A stretch of DNA of 64,000 nt, from the NCBI GenBank assembly GCA_963662545.2, contig CAXXLL010000003.1, positions 960,001-1,024,000 on the forward strand, written 5' to 3'. The number at the start of each line of letters is the position of its first letter. Within the stretch, counting starts at the first letter, position 1. Made by a program: the position numbers and the translations under genes. The notes under the pieces were generated by a model. That model searched no databases and was not told the DNA's origin. It saw only the letters and a program-made list of their open reading frames with translations. Source of the DNA: Gammaproteobacteria bacterium. GTDB taxonomy: Bacteria > Pseudomonadota > Gammaproteobacteria > Ga0077536. This document shows, piece by piece, positions 1 through 11,682 of the stretch.

Positions 1-1307
1 GCCAACCAAAGAGGATACGCCACCATGAGAGAGAGTAACGTTGTTGAATTATCAGGTCGAGAAGGAATACCAGATCCGTTGACGGAGGTCTTGAGAAACG
101 GTGCTCGGGCTCTGATTGAACGAGCGGTTGAAATCGAGCTGGCAGAATATATGGCGCAGTATTCAGGACATCGCACGGTGGACGACAAAGCAGGTGTGGT
201 TCGCAACGGCTATTTGCCGGAACGCCAGTTGCAGACGGGCTTGGGGCCGGTGACGGTGAGGATCCCGAAGGTTCGTTCGAAGCTCGGCGAGCCGGTGACC
301 TTCCGTTCAGCGCTGGTGCCGCCGTATGTGCGCAAGACAAGAACCTTGGAGGCGGCCGTGCCGTGGCTGTATTTGAAGGGCGTTTCCAGTGGCGAAATGG
401 GCGCTGCGCTGGAAGTTTTGTTGGGGCCGCAGGCGAAGGGCCTGTCGGCGAGCACCGTGTCGCGCTTGAAGCAGGTGTGGGCGCAAGAATACCGCGACTG
501 GTGCGAGGGGCGATTGGACCAAGACCGCTGGGTGTAGGTGTGGGCGGACGGTGTCTACAGTGGCCTGCGGGCGGAGCACACGAAGCTGTGTGCGTTGGTG
601 GTGATCGGCGTCAATGAGCGAGGCGAGAAGCGTTTTTTGGCGATGGAGGATGGTGTGCGGGAGTCCACGCAGAGCTGGCGCGAGGTGTTGCTGAAATTGA
701 AGTCACGCGGGATGAATATTCCCAAGCTGGCGATCGGGGACGGTGCCATGGGCTTCTGGGCCGCACTGGAGGAAGTCTACGGTGAGACCCGCCAGCAACG
801 CTGCTGGATGCACAAGACGATGAACGTGCTGAACTGCCTACCGAAGTCGGCACAGGCCAAAGCCAAGCAAGCCCTGCACGCGATCTGGCAGGCCGCGACA
901 AAGGCCGACGCCGAGAAGGCGTTCGAGCTGTTCCTCAAGACCTATGAACCGAAGTATCCCAAGGCGACCCTGTGCCTACAGAAAGACCGTGAGGAGTTGC
1001 TGGCGTTCTATGATTTTCCGGCACCACATTGGCAAAGCATTCGCACGAGCAATCCGATTGAATCCACCTTCGCTACGATCCGGCACCGGACCCGGCGCTC
1101 CAAGGGCGGTCTCTCTCGGGACGGCATGCTCCATATGATGTTCAAGCTGGGGCGGTGTGCGCAGAAGAATTGGCGACGCCTACGTGGATTCGACTACCTG
1201 GCCAAGGTGATTACTGGAGTTAAATTTGAAGATGGTATCGAGGTGACAAGGGTCAATCAGGTCGCCGCTTGATTCAACCGCCTGAACACCACTTTTGACA
1301 ATAACTC
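1..1307 (+). mobile_element. IS256-family insertion sequence (left end outside the window)
   Basis: Mutator-type transposase ORFs. The sequence after the stop ends in ACACCACTTTTGACAATAACTC (to 1307), which resembles IS256-family right ends, and base composition turns AT-rich directly afterwards. Confidence 0.85.
25..1272 (+). pseudogene. IS256-family transposase split by an in-frame amber stop at 535-537
   Basis: ORFs 25..537 and 538..1272 are in the same frame (DRWV*VWADG; Tyr is expected at the stop). Motifs include RNGY, IPKVR, WADG, IGDG, QRCWMH and RTSNPIES. Confidence 0.9.
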
Positions 1308-3788
1308 TTTTACTACCACGACTTCTTGAAGTAATTTTGCTACGCTTCTATCCAATATCTTAAATAAATTTTGATGAAGATCATCAGTATTTTGAGATAT
1401 CTTCGTCCAACTGAGTTCCTCCATTTGTTGAGCTCGCAACTGCAACAACGCCGCGCCAACAGTAGCCGATGACCCTTTTATAGTGTGCATATATCCCTTT
1501 ACGGCAGAAATATCGTCATTCTTGCTCGATTCGTAAGATAGCTGAATCAGCTTCTTACTGTCTATTTCAAAATCCAATATCATTGCCCTAAGTGGCTCTT
1601 TCTTAACTCCCAGCTCCTTTAATTCTCTAATTTCTCGCGGGTCTATTAGTGTTTCAGGAAGACTCTCGTATCGTTGTGCTGAAATATGTATTAGTCGTCG
1701 ATCGTGAGTTCCTGATGAACCATTTTTTCTGGAGAATCTATTAACGGCGTTTCTAAGCTCAAATGCTCTTAATGGTTTCGTCAAATATCCAGCAGCTCCA
1801 GCTTCTTCCGCCGCGATTTTAGCATTTGATGTGGCGTCTGCTGTAAGAATAACTATTGGTGTCGGTACTTCAGGATTTGTGAATTGATAAAATTTGGCTG
1901 CTTCTATGCCGGACATTCCTGGCATATGCATATCGATTAGTGCAACGTCATATCGATTAGTCTCCAGTTCAGAAAGTGTGTCCTCTCCGTTAGTAACGGT
2001 GACAACCGAATGCCCTATTGACTCCAGAGCCATTAACGCGGTCTTAAGGTTAGCGGGACTATCGTCAGCGACTAAGATATCTAGTATTGGTTCATTCGTA
2101 GGTCCTGAATTAACGACATCCTTGCGACCATTCAAAAAAGCCGTGGTCGCAAGATTGTTAATCATCCGCAGGTCAAATACATCACACTTTCGTATAGAGC
2201 TGTTATATACAAGATGCTGCGGGTACGGATGGGATTCTGGACTACAGTATCTAATTATTAATGAATTGGGGTAATTTCGGTTTAGCTCGTCTATGACGAC
2301 TTTATGATGATCGTCGAAATCTTCGTCCACAAAAATTATCTGAGTGAATTCGTCTTCCATATCTACGAAATGTAGGTCATTTGTTGAGCGGCAATTCCAA
2401 CCACTACGTTCGAACGCTATACGCTCATCTTCCGTTATTTCGTTAGGTGTAACTAGCACGGCTGGAATATTCGTCGGAAGACCCTTTTTTATTAACGCTC
2501 CCTCCTGGTCCTTAAAGTTGAACGCAATATTACAGCGTGTCCCGACGTATTCCGTAGATTCATAGAAGATTTCGCCCTCAAGATATTCTATATACTGCTT
2601 TGTAATTGTAAGTCCGAGACCAGACCCTGAGAATTCTCTAGCAGCACTGTCATCTCCAAGCGTAAAAGGTTCGAATATCGTCGGAAGTAACTTAGCCGAT
2701 ATGCCGATCCCGGTGTCTACGATATTAACCGAAACATGGCTAGTGCTGCCGATCCTTTTTGCCGTTACTCGAACACAGACGTATCCGGATTTGGTGTACT
2801 TAACAGCGTTTCCGATAGTATTTATCAAGATTTCTTGTAGATGTTCGGCGGAGCTAGAGACATATTCCGGAACACTGGTATCGATGTACCAATAAAACGC
2901 GATATTTTTTTCAACAGCTTTCGGTTCGCATATGCGAAGTGACGCTAAAAGTACTTCGTACAAATTGAGCATCTCGAATTTAGCTGCGAGTTCCCGGCCA
3001 GCTTCAGCCGACGCAACGTCTAAAACACGATTTACTAAATTTAGGAGGTGCTGAGCAGAATCACTTATCATTCCGAGCTTAGCTTTACGATCACGTTTAG
3101 ATTCCAAGACGGAATCTGCTTCTTCTACCAATATATCTGTCACGCTTATAATTGCATGCAACGGCGTTCTCAGTTCGTGACTCATATTTGCGATAAATCG
3201 TGACCGCGCTTCGTTTACTTCCTTTATTCGTTCTAATACTTCTTTATGCTTCTTTAGTAGCGAAGCCGAATAGATCGGAACGAGAAGTAAGCCTAGGTAA
3301 TATGCTAAAATTAGCGATTTAGTCTTGGATATATCTTCGTTAACGCCAAGCGCGAAGCTAAAGAATACAGTTCCAACTAATATCGACAAGTAAAGGTACT
3401 TGATGCCGAATCGATATCCGTACCCTATTATGCATGTAAGATATATTGGATAGAGAATTACCCCATGCTGTCCTGATATCGCCGTATAAGCGGATACGGC
3501 GCCGAGATCGGCTATTATCCCTATAGAGCGCGTTGTCGTTGTGATATATGACCGAGGTACAATTTCTTGTATGACCAAATAGGTCCAGCCGAAAAATGCT
3601 ACGGAAAAAAACCAATAACTGATTGATAAGATAAAATAGTCGAACTCCAACGCTTCATTAACCGTTTCCGCATTGGAGTGAAAAAAAGACCAAGCTACTA
3701 CACCCGAAACGAAAACGACCCGCACGATAGATTGGTTTAGATCGCTTGGGCTTATCTCGTACTTTTGATCATCGGTTTCGTTTAACAT
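1257..3788 (-). CDS. Membrane-bound hybrid sensor histidine kinase, RpfC-like (TM sensor, HisKA, HATPase, REC, HPt)
   Basis: Multi-TM N-terminus with GYGYRFG. H-box MSHELRTPL, N-box GNAVKYT, DTGIGI, GSGLGL. REC domain VADD...IDMHMPGMSG...LTAD...KP. HPt HTIKGSSATVGA. Confidence 0.9.
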   Translation of the reverse strand: MLNETDDQKYEISPSDLNQSIVRVVFVSGVVAWSFFHSNAETVNEALEFDYFILSISYWFFSVAFFGWTYLVIQEIVPRSYITTTTRSIGIIADLGAVSAYTAISGQHGVILYPIYLTCIIGYGYRFGIKYLYLSILVGTVFFSFALGVNEDISKTKSLILAYYLGLLLVPIYSASLLKKHKEVLERIKEVNEARSRFIANMSHELRTPLHAIISVTDILVEEADSVLESKRDRKAKLGMISDSAQHLLNLVNRVLDVASAEAGRELAAKFEMLNLYEVLLASLRICEPKAVEKNIAFYWYIDTSVPEYVSSSAEHLQEILINTIGNAVKYTKSGYVCVRVTAKRIGSTSHVSVNIVDTGIGISAKLLPTIFEPFTLGDDSAAREFSGSGLGLTITKQYIEYLEGEIFYESTEYVGTRCNIAFNFKDQEGALIKKGLPTNIPAVLVTPNEITEDERIAFERSGWNCRSTNDLHFVDMEDEFTQIIFVDEDFDDHHKVVIDELNRNYPNSLIIRYCSPESHPYPQHLVYNSSIRKCDVFDLRMINNLATTAFLNGRKDVVNSGPTNEPILDILVADDSPANLKTALMALESIGHSVVTVTNGEDTLSELETNRYDVALIDMHMPGMSGIEAAKFYQFTNPEVPTPIVILTADATSNAKIAAEEAGAAGYLTKPLRAFELRNAVNRFSRKNGSSGTHDRRLIHISAQRYESLPETLIDPREIRELKELGVKKEPLRAMILDFEIDSKKLIQLSYESSKNDDISAVKGYMHTIKGSSATVGAALLQLRAQQMEELSWTKISQNTDDLHQNLFKILDRSVAKLLQEVVVVKELLSKVVFRRLNQAAT

Positions 3789-4799
3789 TGCCTATCCCTC
3801 TATGGGAGGAGCTTTTGCCGAAGGTATGTCCCAAAATTAAATTCTTTCAGTGACTGGAAATAATATATGAAGTGTGGAGATATCCAAATTTCGGCTCTAA
3901 TTAAGGGGAATCTCCTGTTGATATTCGGCGGTATCTGATTCTTATCGACTTGACTATTGTTTAGAAAATCTTTTCGGTAATTTATTCAGTATTAACTGAT
4001 TCAAAATGTCAGCCTAATCTGTTTCTTCTACCATAATAGTCCGCTTCATAGTTGAGAGATCATGGTAGAAAATGTTTCATCGAGTAGCTTCTGACGATAT
4101 TGGGTACCGCGGTATTGATTTCTCGTCGCAATACACCAGATCTCGTGCATTCAATTCGAAAGTCAGATATTAGCGGGAATTCAGAACTTGAGTAGGCCGC
4201 TAGTCCAATCGACATTGACATTACCCGTTTACCGCGTAACAGTCCCATTAAGCGTTCAATATTCGATTAAACTGAGCTTCGATGCCATTCGTTTCTAGGC
4301 TAGGCGGATCGCTTCCTCGAGAGCGCCCCACCGAAAACACTGGGCCGCTTGCAATCGTTGGTATCGAGTCTGTAGCATTTTTGTCCTACCTGTAGACATT
4401 CAGTACGGCAAAATATTTGATTTTATGCGCTAGTTTACATCTGCAGCAGTTAAAATCCCCGGTCGATTTAGCGTGAATTCCAGTAACCGCTTTGATCGAA
4501 CGCGATAGCTGAATAGGCGTCCATTCATTATTAGCCCGAGGTCCACATTACGATCACCTCAATCAATTCTATCCGAGATATTTGATCGTGTCCGATCGAT
4601 AGCGTTCCGATATAGGCTTTGCCTAATTCTCGGATTTCTAATCTGGTAACGTAACAATCCGATGGAAGTCACGCGCAACAGGAAAACTGGTCCACATACT
4701 ATTTCGGTTAGCCAAAGGAAATAAAATACGGTAGTGGGACATCTCGATGATGGGGCGTTCGCCACAATTGTACGTAATCAGTCGCAATCGATAATTCAT

Positions 4800-4822
4800 A
4801 AAAAAGCCGGGACATGCCCGGC
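4800..4822 (-). terminator. Intrinsic terminator after rplQ
   Basis: Minus strand GCCGGG-CATGT-CCCGGC followed by TTTTTT, about 25 nt after the rplQ stop. Confidence 0.85.
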
Positions 4823-4846
4823 CCAATATAATTTGCGGCTCCGGCC

Positions 4847-5248
4847 CTACGCTTCCGCACTCTCTAGAGATTCGTCTACCTCTTCAGTTTCGGGCCGATC
4901 GACTAATTCGACCATTGCCATTGGCGCTCTATCGCCTGCCCGCAGGCCGCATTTCAATATTCGCAGGTAGCCGCCCGGACGTTCCTGGTAACGCGGTGCT
5001 ATTTCGCCGAACAGCTTTTGCACGATATCGCGGTCACGAAGACGGGCAAATGCCAGACGACGTTTGGCTACTGAATCATTTTTTCCCAATGTAATGAGTG
5101 GCTCTGCAGTCCGCCGAAGCTCCTTCGCCTTGGCAAGCGTCGTCCTGATGATTTCGTGCCGGAACAGCGATACGGCCATGTTGCGGAACATCGCTTTGCG
5201 ATGCGAGCTGGTACGATTGAGCTGACGCCCGCTTTTTCGGTGTCTCAT
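4847..5248 (-). CDS. rplQ: 50S ribosomal protein L17
   Basis: [20 protein letters not shown]; position after rpoA. Confidence 0.99.
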   Translation of the reverse strand: MRHRKSGRQLNRTSSHRKAMFRNMAVSLFRHEIIRTTLAKAKELRRTAEPLITLGKNDSVAKRRLAFARLRDRDIVQKLFGEIAPRYQERPGGYLRILKCGLRAGDRAPMAMVELVDRPETEEVDESLESAEA

Positions 5249-5275
5249 TTTCTTTGTGCCTTCGAGGAGTGGTGG

Positions 5276-6283
5276 TCAGACCACCGCGCGCTCCCCTTCA
5301 TATAGCCCGGTCGGCGGCCAGTTTTCCAAACGCATGCCAAGCGATAAGCCGCGTGCGGCCAGTACATCTTTGATTTCCGTCAGCGATTTCTTTCCAAGAT
5401 TTGGCGTCTTCAGCAATTCCACTTCAGTACGCTGTATCAAATCACCAATGTAATAAATGCTCTCGGCTTTAAGGCAATTGGCAGAGCGGACTGTGAGCTC
5501 TAGATCATCGATTGAGCGCAAAAGAATGGGGTCAATTTCAATATCATCCTTTGAGTCCGGTTCGTAGATATCGTCAGCACTGATATCAACAAATACTGCC
5601 AGTTGGTTTCTCAAGATCCCTGCTGCTTCCTTGACGGCCTGCTCGGGGTCAATCGTACCATTCGTCTCGATCGTCAAGATGAGCTTGTCTAAATCGGTTT
5701 GTTGCTCGACACGCGCACTTTGTACTTCGTACGCGCATCGACGCACGGGACTGAACGAAGCATCCAGCTTTAGTCGCCCGATCGCCTGATCCATCTCCTC
5801 ATCCTCCATATCTCGCACGGTGGAGGGTTGGTAACCTCTGCCGCGAGCTACGCGCAAGATCATGTTCAATTCGCCGTTATCACTGAGACTGGCGATGTGG
5901 TAGTCGGGATCAAAGATCTCAACGTCGTGATCGAGAACGATATCCCGCGCGGAGACCTCTCCCGGGCCCTTCTTATTCAGGCTCAAGGTCGCTTCGTCGC
6001 GGGCGTGCATATTTATCGAGAGACCTTTTAGATTTAGCAGGATGTCTGTCACATCCTCCTGCACACCCTCGATAGTCGTGTATTCGTGAAGCACGTTCTC
6101 GATTTCGACCTCGATTATCGCGCTGCCGGTCATAGACGACAGCAATACACGTCGAAGGGCATTACCCAATGTGTGCCCGAAACCACGATTTAAAGGCTCA
6201 ATCGTGATCTTTGCGGTGCGCGGATTGACCGCCCGCACTTCGACGATTTTAGGCTTCAACAACTCATTTAATGCCGACGCCAT
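5276..6283 (-). CDS. rpoA: RNA polymerase alpha subunit
   Basis: [17 protein letters not shown]; alpha-[17 protein letters not shown]. Confidence 0.99.
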   Translation of the reverse strand: MASALNELLKPKIVEVRAVNPRTAKITIEPLNRGFGHTLGNALRRVLLSSMTGSAIIEVEIENVLHEYTTIEGVQEDVTDILLNLKGLSINMHARDEATLSLNKKGPGEVSARDIVLDHDVEIFDPDYHIASLSDNGELNMILRVARGRGYQPSTVRDMEDEEMDQAIGRLKLDASFSPVRRCAYEVQSARVEQQTDLDKLILTIETNGTIDPEQAVKEAAGILRNQLAVFVDISADDIYEPDSKDDIEIDPILLRSIDDLELTVRSANCLKAESIYYIGDLIQRTEVELLKTPNLGKKSLTEIKDVLAARGLSLGMRLENWPPTGLYEGERAVV

Positions 6284-6305
6284 AATTCATTCTCCTCCGA
6301 TAGGA

Positions 6306-6929
6306 TTACTTAGAATACAGCTCGACAACGAGCGATTCATTGATGTCGGCAGGCAAGTCAGCGCGCTCCGGAGCCGCCCTGAATCTACCTTCCATCTTTT
6401 TTGGATCTACTTCGACCCATTCCGGAAATCCGAGTTGCTCGGCAATTGCGAGCGAATCCTGGATTCTCATCTGCTTCTTGGCCCGCTCGCGGACCGCAAC
6501 GATGTCCTCTGGAGACACTTGGTAGGACGCGATGTTCACCGCCCGTCCGTTGACAGAAATCGCCTTGTGGCTCACTAATTGCCGCGCTTCGGCGCGCGTG
6601 CAACCGTAGCCCATTCGGTACACTACGTTATCCAATCGGCACTCAAGAAGCTGCAGCAGATTCTGGCCGGTAGCGCCTTTGCGTCGCGCCGCTTTCTTGT
6701 AATAGTTTCGGAACTGACGCTCCAAAACACCGTAAATAATCCGTAGCTTCTGCTTCTCACGAAGCTGTAATGCGTAATCGGACAAGCGCCGTCCGCGGGC
6801 GTCCCCATGCTGCCCGGGCGGCTTTTCCATCTGGCATTTGGATTCGATTGGGCGAGCACGGCTTTTCAAGCCGAGATCCATCCCCTGACGACGGCTCAGT
6901 TTGCACTTGGGACCAATGTATCGTGCCAT
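6306..6929 (-). CDS. rpsD: 30S ribosomal protein S4
   Basis: [14 protein letters not shown]; [10 protein letters not shown]. Confidence 0.99.
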   Translation of the reverse strand: MARYIGPKCKLSRRQGMDLGLKSRARPIESKCQMEKPPGQHGDARGRRLSDYALQLREKQKLRIIYGVLERQFRNYYKKAARRKGATGQNLLQLLECRLDNVVYRMGYGCTRAEARQLVSHKAISVNGRAVNIASYQVSPEDIVAVRERAKKQMRIQDSLAIAEQLGFPEWVEVDPKKMEGRFRAAPERADLPADINESLVVELYSK

Positions 6930-6933
6930 CTGC

Positions 6934-7323
6934 TTACACCCGCCGCTTCTTTGGAGGCCGACATCCGTTATGAGCTATCGGCGTGACGTCCGTAATATTA
7001 GCGATCTTGAATCCCGCAGCGTTTAACGAGCGGACAGCGGAGTCGCGGCCAGGACCAGGACCTTTAACGAAGACGTCGAGATTTTGCATACCGAAATCAT
7101 CTCGCACACTACGCAGCCGTTCGGCTGCTACCTGGGCGGCAAATGGGGTGCTCTTGCGGGATCCGCGAAATCCGCTGCCACCGGCCGTCGCCCACGCGAG
7201 CGTGTTTCCCTGTCGATCGGTAATAGTAATGATCGTGTTGTTGAACGAAGCGTGGATATGGGCCACACCGTCGAGTACGGTGCGCTTTTCGCGCTTCTTC
7301 GTCCGAGTAGATGAAGTTGCCAT
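6934..7323 (-). CDS. rpsK: 30S ribosomal protein S11
   Basis: [12 protein letters not shown]; [12 protein letters not shown]. Confidence 0.99.
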   Translation of the reverse strand: MATSSTRTKKREKRTVLDGVAHIHASFNNTIITITDRQGNTLAWATAGGSGFRGSRKSTPFAAQVAAERLRSVRDDFGMQNLDVFVKGPGPGRDSAVRSLNAAGFKIANITDVTPIAHNGCRPPKKRRV

Positions 7324-7338
7324 TCCTTATTCCTCAAC

Positions 7339-7695
7339 CTATTTCTTAATCAACCTGCGCGGCCCCTTGCGAGTCCGCGCATTGGTTCGCGACCTTTGGC
7401 CTCTAACCGGCAATCCCCGTCTATGGCGGATACCGCGGTAACTTCCCAAATCCATGAGTCGCTTTATATTCATGCTGACTTCGCGGCGCAGATCTCCCTC
7501 CACCGCGTAATTAGTCACAGCCGTTCTCAAGATATCGAGCTGCGCTTCGGTTAAATCCTTAATCAATGCATCACGCGGGACTCCCGTAGCATCACAGATG
7601 TTCTGCGCTCGGGTTTTGCCGATGCCATAGATTTCCCTCAGCGCGATCACTGCGTGTTTGCGATCGGGGATATTTACGCCGGCTACTCGTGCCAT
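7339..7695 (-). CDS. rpsM: 30S ribosomal protein S13
   Basis: [10 protein letters not shown]; [18 protein letters not shown]. Confidence 0.99.
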   Translation of the reverse strand: MARVAGVNIPDRKHAVIALREIYGIGKTRAQNICDATGVPRDALIKDLTEAQLDILRTAVTNYAVEGDLRREVSMNIKRLMDLGSYRGIRHRRGLPVRGQRSRTNARTRKGPRRLIKK

Positions 7696-7726
7696 AGATA
7701 TTTCCTCTTAACCGAACTGCCCTCTA

Positions 7727-7840
7727 TCAGCCTTGACGCTGCTTGTGACGCGGATCCTTACAGATAACGCGCACCGTACCTTTACGTCGGACAATTCTGC
7801 AATTGCGACATATTTTTTTAACAGAAGCTTGTACTTTCAT
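7727..7840 (-). CDS. rpmJ: 50S ribosomal protein L36, zinc-ribbon form (not in the ORF track)
   Basis: Hand translation: [37 protein letters not shown], located between secY and rpsM. Confidence 0.98.
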   Translation of the reverse strand: MKVQASVKKICRNCRIVRRKGTVRVICKDPRHKQRQG

Positions 7841-7864
7841 TTGGCTAGCTCAACATTGGTAGTC

Positions 7865-9208
7865 TTATCGGCGCCCATAACCTTTGAGATTCGCCTTTTT
7901 CATGAGTCCTTCATACTGATGTGACATCAAATGCGCCTGGACCTGGGACATGAAATCCATGACGACGACAACGATGATGAGCAGTGAAGTTCCACCAAAG
8001 TAAAATGGGACATTCAGTTCCAAAATCAGAAATTCTGGAAGCAGGCAGACGGCCGTTATGTAGATGGCGCCGGCCGTGGTCAGACGCGTCATTACGCCAT
8101 CGATATACCGCGCTGTTTGGTCGCCTGGACGTATTCCGGGGATAAAAGCCCCGGATTTCTTCAAATTGTCCGCCATCTCTTTAGGATTGAATACGAGCGC
8201 GGTATAGAAGAAGCAGAAAAATATAATCGCTGCCGCGTACATCATTACGTAAAGGGGTTGGCCGGGTGAAATTGTGCTGCTGAGATCACGCAGCCAATCC
8301 ATGCCTTCGACATTTCCAAACCAGCCACCAATAGTTGCTGGAAACAGAATGATGCTGGAAGCAAAAATCGGCGGTATTACGCCCGCCATATTCAGCTTCA
8401 AGGGCAAGTTGGTCGACTGCCCTCCGTACATCTGCCCGCCACGTTGTTGCTTGGCGTAATTCACGGTTATTCGTCGTTGCGCTCGTTCGACGAATACAAC
8501 AAATCCGGTGACGGCTACTGCAAGAACAAATAGTCCGAGAACGAGAATCAGCGAGAGTTCACCGGTACGAGACAGCTCCAATGTGCCCACGATCGCCGCG
8601 GGAAGGCCGGCGACTATGCCGGCGAAGATAATCATTGAAATTCCATTCCCGACGCCGCGCTCGGTAACCTGTTCACCGAGCCACATAAGAAACAGTGTCC
8701 CCGTTACGAGGGTGGCAACGCAGGTGATCTTGAAGGACATACCAGGAGCAATTACGAGCTGCATTCCTGCAGCCGTTTGCGACTCCAACATGATCGCAAC
8801 ACCGGTAGCCTGGAACGTACACAGGACAACCGTGAAATAGCGCGTATATTGCGTAATTTTTCGGCGCCCGGCTTCTCCTTCTTTCTTGAGCTGCTCGAGC
8901 TTCGGGTGCACGACGGTCAGCAACTGCATGATGATGGAAGCGGAGATGTACGGCATGATACCGAGCGCAACTACGGAAAAGCGCTGTAATGCCCCGCCCG
9001 AGAACATATTAAACATGTCCAGTATCGTCCCGCGCTGCTGGTCGAATAGTGCATTTAAGGCGACTGGATTAATGCCGGGCACGGGGATATGTGTACAGAT
9101 TCGAAACACGATCAGCGCGCCCATGAGGAAAAAGAGGCGCTGCCGCAACTCGGTAAGCTTGCCGAGCCCTGCAATTCCACCTGGTAGTTTGCTTGCCGTA
9201 GTAGCCAT
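7865..9208 (-). CDS. secY: Preprotein translocase SecY
   Basis: [34 protein letters not shown]. Confidence 0.99.
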   Translation of the reverse strand: MATTASKLPGGIAGLGKLTELRQRLFFLMGALIVFRICTHIPVPGINPVALNALFDQQRGTILDMFNMFSGGALQRFSVVALGIMPYISASIIMQLLTVVHPKLEQLKKEGEAGRRKITQYTRYFTVVLCTFQATGVAIMLESQTAAGMQLVIAPGMSFKITCVATLVTGTLFLMWLGEQVTERGVGNGISMIIFAGIVAGLPAAIVGTLELSRTGELSLILVLGLFVLAVAVTGFVVFVERAQRRITVNYAKQQRGGQMYGGQSTNLPLKLNMAGVIPPIFASSIILFPATIGGWFGNVEGMDWLRDLSSTISPGQPLYVMMYAAAIIFFCFFYTALVFNPKEMADNLKKSGAFIPGIRPGDQTARYIDGVMTRLTTAGAIYITAVCLLPEFLILELNVPFYFGGTSLLIIVVVVMDFMSQVQAHLMSHQYEGLMKKANLKGYGRR

Positions 9209-9210
9209 GC

Positions 9211-9645
9211 CTAACCTTCCACGTGGCCGCCGGCCGCTTCGATCTGCTTGCGAGCGCCCCTGGTCACTGCAATTCCCTTGAGTGTGACCGCTTTTTCAAT
9301 GTTGCCGGAGTCGATTACCTTGACGCGCTTGATGTCATGTCGAACGAGTCCGGCCGCTTTCAACGCCGCAAGGTCTATGGAATCCAGTTTGAGTGATTCG
9401 AGTTCATGTAAGCGAATCTCGTCGGCGAAACGCGCAACCCGAGAATGAAATCCAAATTTGGGCAAGCGCCGCTGCAAGGGCATTTGACCGCCCTCGAAAC
9501 CGGCTCTGACCGAACCACCTGACCTCGACTTCTGGCCTTTATCACCGCGGCCGCCGGTCCTGCCAAGGCCTGAGCCATTGCCGCGGCCGACACGCTTACG
9601 CGCCTTTTTGGAACCGCTTGCCGGCTTCAGCTTGTTGAGACGCAT
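9211..9645 (-). CDS. rplO: 50S ribosomal protein L15
   Basis: [18 protein letters not shown]. Confidence 0.99.
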   Translation of the reverse strand: MRLNKLKPASGSKKARKRVGRGNGSGLGRTGGRGDKGQKSRSGGSVRAGFEGGQMPLQRRLPKFGFHSRVARFADEIRLHELESLKLDSIDLAALKAAGLVRHDIKRVKVIDSGNIEKAVTLKGIAVTRGARKQIEAAGGHVEG

Positions 9646-9646
9646 T

Positions 9647-9832
9647 TCAGGGCTCCTGTACCGCGACCAGGTAGCTAATTCTGTCGATCATGCCCCGGTT
9701 TTCGGCGGTGTCTTTCACGGAGACTGTCTGCCGAATCCTGCGCAGGCCGAGCCCGCGAGCGCAATCCTTGTGTGACTGAAGGCGCCCGTTCAGGCTCTTG
9801 CACAGGGTGACATTAAGTATTTTCGCAACCAC
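9647..9832 (-). CDS. rpmD: 50S ribosomal protein L30 (probable GTG start at 9832)
   Basis: C-terminal 61 aa of ORF 9647..9961: [11 protein letters not shown]...[11 protein letters not shown]...NRGMI; located between rpsE and rplO. Confidence 0.95.
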   Translation of the reverse strand: MVAKILNVTLCKSLNGRLQSHKDCARGLGLRRIRQTVSVKDTAENRGMIDRISYLVAVQEP

Positions 9833-9837
9833 CTTGA

Positions 9838-10353
9838 TCACCCTCGAATCTCTTCCACCGTTTTGCCACGCTTCGCCGCCATTTGCTCCGGTGACGCCAT
9901 GGACATCAATCCATTCAACGTCGCGCGAACCACATTGACCGGATTCGTCGTACCAATACACTTCGCCAGGACGTTATGGACACCAAGCACTTCAAAGACC
10001 GCGCGCATCGGTCCTCCAGCAATAATCCCCGTCCCTTCAGAGGCCGGTTGCATATAAACTTTGGCGGCGCCGTGTTTTCCGATCAACGCGTATTGCAGCG
10101 TGTTTCCATTCAGCGCGATCGAAATCATGCTCTTGCGGGCGTTTTCCATCGCCTTTTGAATCGCCACCGGCACTTCCCTCGCCTTTCCGCGCCCGAACCC
10201 GACGCTTCCCTCGCCGTCTCCAACGACAGTCAGCGCCGAAAATCCGAATACGCGCCCACCTTTTACAACCTTGGCGACCCGATTCACCGTAATCAGCTTT
10301 TCGAAATAGCCTTCATTGCGGTCTGGAATATTCGTTCTGACGCTCATACTCAA
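9838..10353 (-). CDS. rpsE: 30S ribosomal protein S5
   Basis: [12 protein letters not shown]; GTGIIAGG. The start could be 10347. Confidence 0.99.
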   Translation of the reverse strand: MSMSVRTNIPDRNEGYFEKLITVNRVAKVVKGGRVFGFSALTVVGDGEGSVGFGRGKAREVPVAIQKAMENARKSMISIALNGNTLQYALIGKHGAAKVYMQPASEGTGIIAGGPMRAVFEVLGVHNVLAKCIGTTNPVNVVRATLNGLMSMASPEQMAAKRGKTVEEIRG

Positions 10354-10360
10354 TCAACTC

Positions 10361-10714
10361 CTAAAACTTCAATCCGCCCTCGCGTGCAGCATCCGCCAAC
10401 GCTTTTACTCGACCGTGATATTTGAAACCTGATCGATCGAAAGCAACTTCGGATATACCAGCAGCTATAGCTCGTTCGGCGATCAACTTTCCGATCTCAG
10501 TCGCGGCTGCGATATTCCCACCGCTTTGACCACCTGCGCGATACGTCTTTTCCACCGTCGACGCACATGCAATCACCGTGCCGCCGTCAGACGCTAAAAC
10601 TTGAGCATAAATATGCCGCGGCGATCTGTTGATACACAATCTTGTCGCGCCCCTGCCCGCAATACGGAACCGCGTTTTTCGTGCTCGTCGTAATCTCGAA
10701 TTCTTTTTGTCCAT
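10361..10714 (-). CDS. rplR: 50S ribosomal protein L18
   Basis: [26 protein letters not shown]. Confidence 0.99.
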   Translation of the reverse strand: MDKKNSRLRRARKTRFRIAGRGATRLCINRSPRHIYAQVLASDGGTVIACASTVEKTYRAGGQSGGNIAAATEIGKLIAERAIAAGISEVAFDRSGFKYHGRVKALADAAREGGLKF

Positions 10715-10722
10715 CGCGGCCG

Positions 10723-11256
10723 CTAAGCTTTCTTCGCCTCTTTTCGCCTGATATGTTCGTCGCTGTAGCGAACGCCCTTGCCTTTATAGGGTTCAGGTTT
10801 TCGATAAGCCCTGATATGGGCCGCAACCTCCCCTACCCGTTGTTTGTCGACGCCTTTGATGATGATCTCGGTCTGGCTGGGGGTTTCGATCGTGACGTCG
10901 TCCGGAATATCGAAATTCACCGGATGCGAATATCCAAGCAACAAATTAAGTTTTTTGCCCTCCACGTGCGCGCGAAATCCAACGCCGACGATTTCCAGCT
11001 TGCGCTCAAATCCGTGCGCGACGCCCTTGACCATATTGCCCAGTACCGCTCGGGTCGTACCCGATAGCGCTTTCGACTCCTTTGACTCAGAGTTGGACGT
11101 TACGGTGATGATGGATTTATCCATTTTGACTGTTACCAACTCGTGAACGCGGTGCGTCAGCGCCCCTTTGGCTCCCTTAACATTCACAACCTGGCCGGAG
11201 ATTTGCACCTGCACGTCCTGCAGCACTTCGATTGGCATTTTAGCTACGCGTGACAC
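10723..11256 (-). CDS. rplF: 50S ribosomal protein L6
   Basis: [11 protein letters not shown]. Confidence 0.99.
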   Translation of the reverse strand: MSRVAKMPIEVLQDVQVQISGQVVNVKGAKGALTHRVHELVTVKMDKSIITVTSNSESKESKALSGTTRAVLGNMVKGVAHGFERKLEIVGVGFRAHVEGKKLNLLLGYSHPVNFDIPDDVTIETPSQTEIIIKGVDKQRVGEVAAHIRAYRKPEPYKGKGVRYSDEHIRRKEAKKA

Positions 11257-11269
11257 GACCGTCGCAACC

Positions 11270-11665
11270 TCAATACACCGAGCAAATCACTTCGCCACCG
11301 ATGCCCTGCGCGCGCGCTTCTCGATCTGACATAAGGCCTTTCGAAGTCGAAATAATCGCTATCCCTAATCCGCCGACGACAGACGGGAGATCGTCTTTTC
11401 CCCGATAAACTCGCAGCCCAGGCCGGCTTGTCCGCTGCACGCGCTCGATTACCGGTTTGCCCTCGTAGTATTTCAGCTCCACCTTGAGTTCTCTTTGCGG
11501 ACCATCGCCTTCGATGCGGTAATCAGTGATGTAACCTTCTTTCTTCAATACTTCTGCAATTGCGGCCTTTTTTGTGGACGCAGGCATCGATACCTCACGC
11601 TTAGCGCGGTGCTGGCCATTGCGAATCCTCGTCAACATATCGCTGATTGGATCTTGCATAGTCAT
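11270..11665 (-). CDS. rpsH: 30S ribosomal protein S8
   Basis: [12 protein letters not shown]; SRPGLRVY. Confidence 0.99.
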   Translation of the reverse strand: MTMQDPISDMLTRIRNGQHRAKREVSMPASTKKAAIAEVLKKEGYITDYRIEGDGPQRELKVELKYYEGKPVIERVQRTSRPGLRVYRGKDDLPSVVGGLGIAIISTSKGLMSDREARAQGIGGEVICSVY

Positions 11666-11682
11666 ATTTGCGTCCCTTTCTT

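Noticed and set aside
3795-3835. Possible c-di-GMP riboswitch upstream of the kinase (GGGAC...GCAAAAGC)
   Set aside because: Motif order and the GAAA tetraloop/receptor stem of the class I aptamer are not present.
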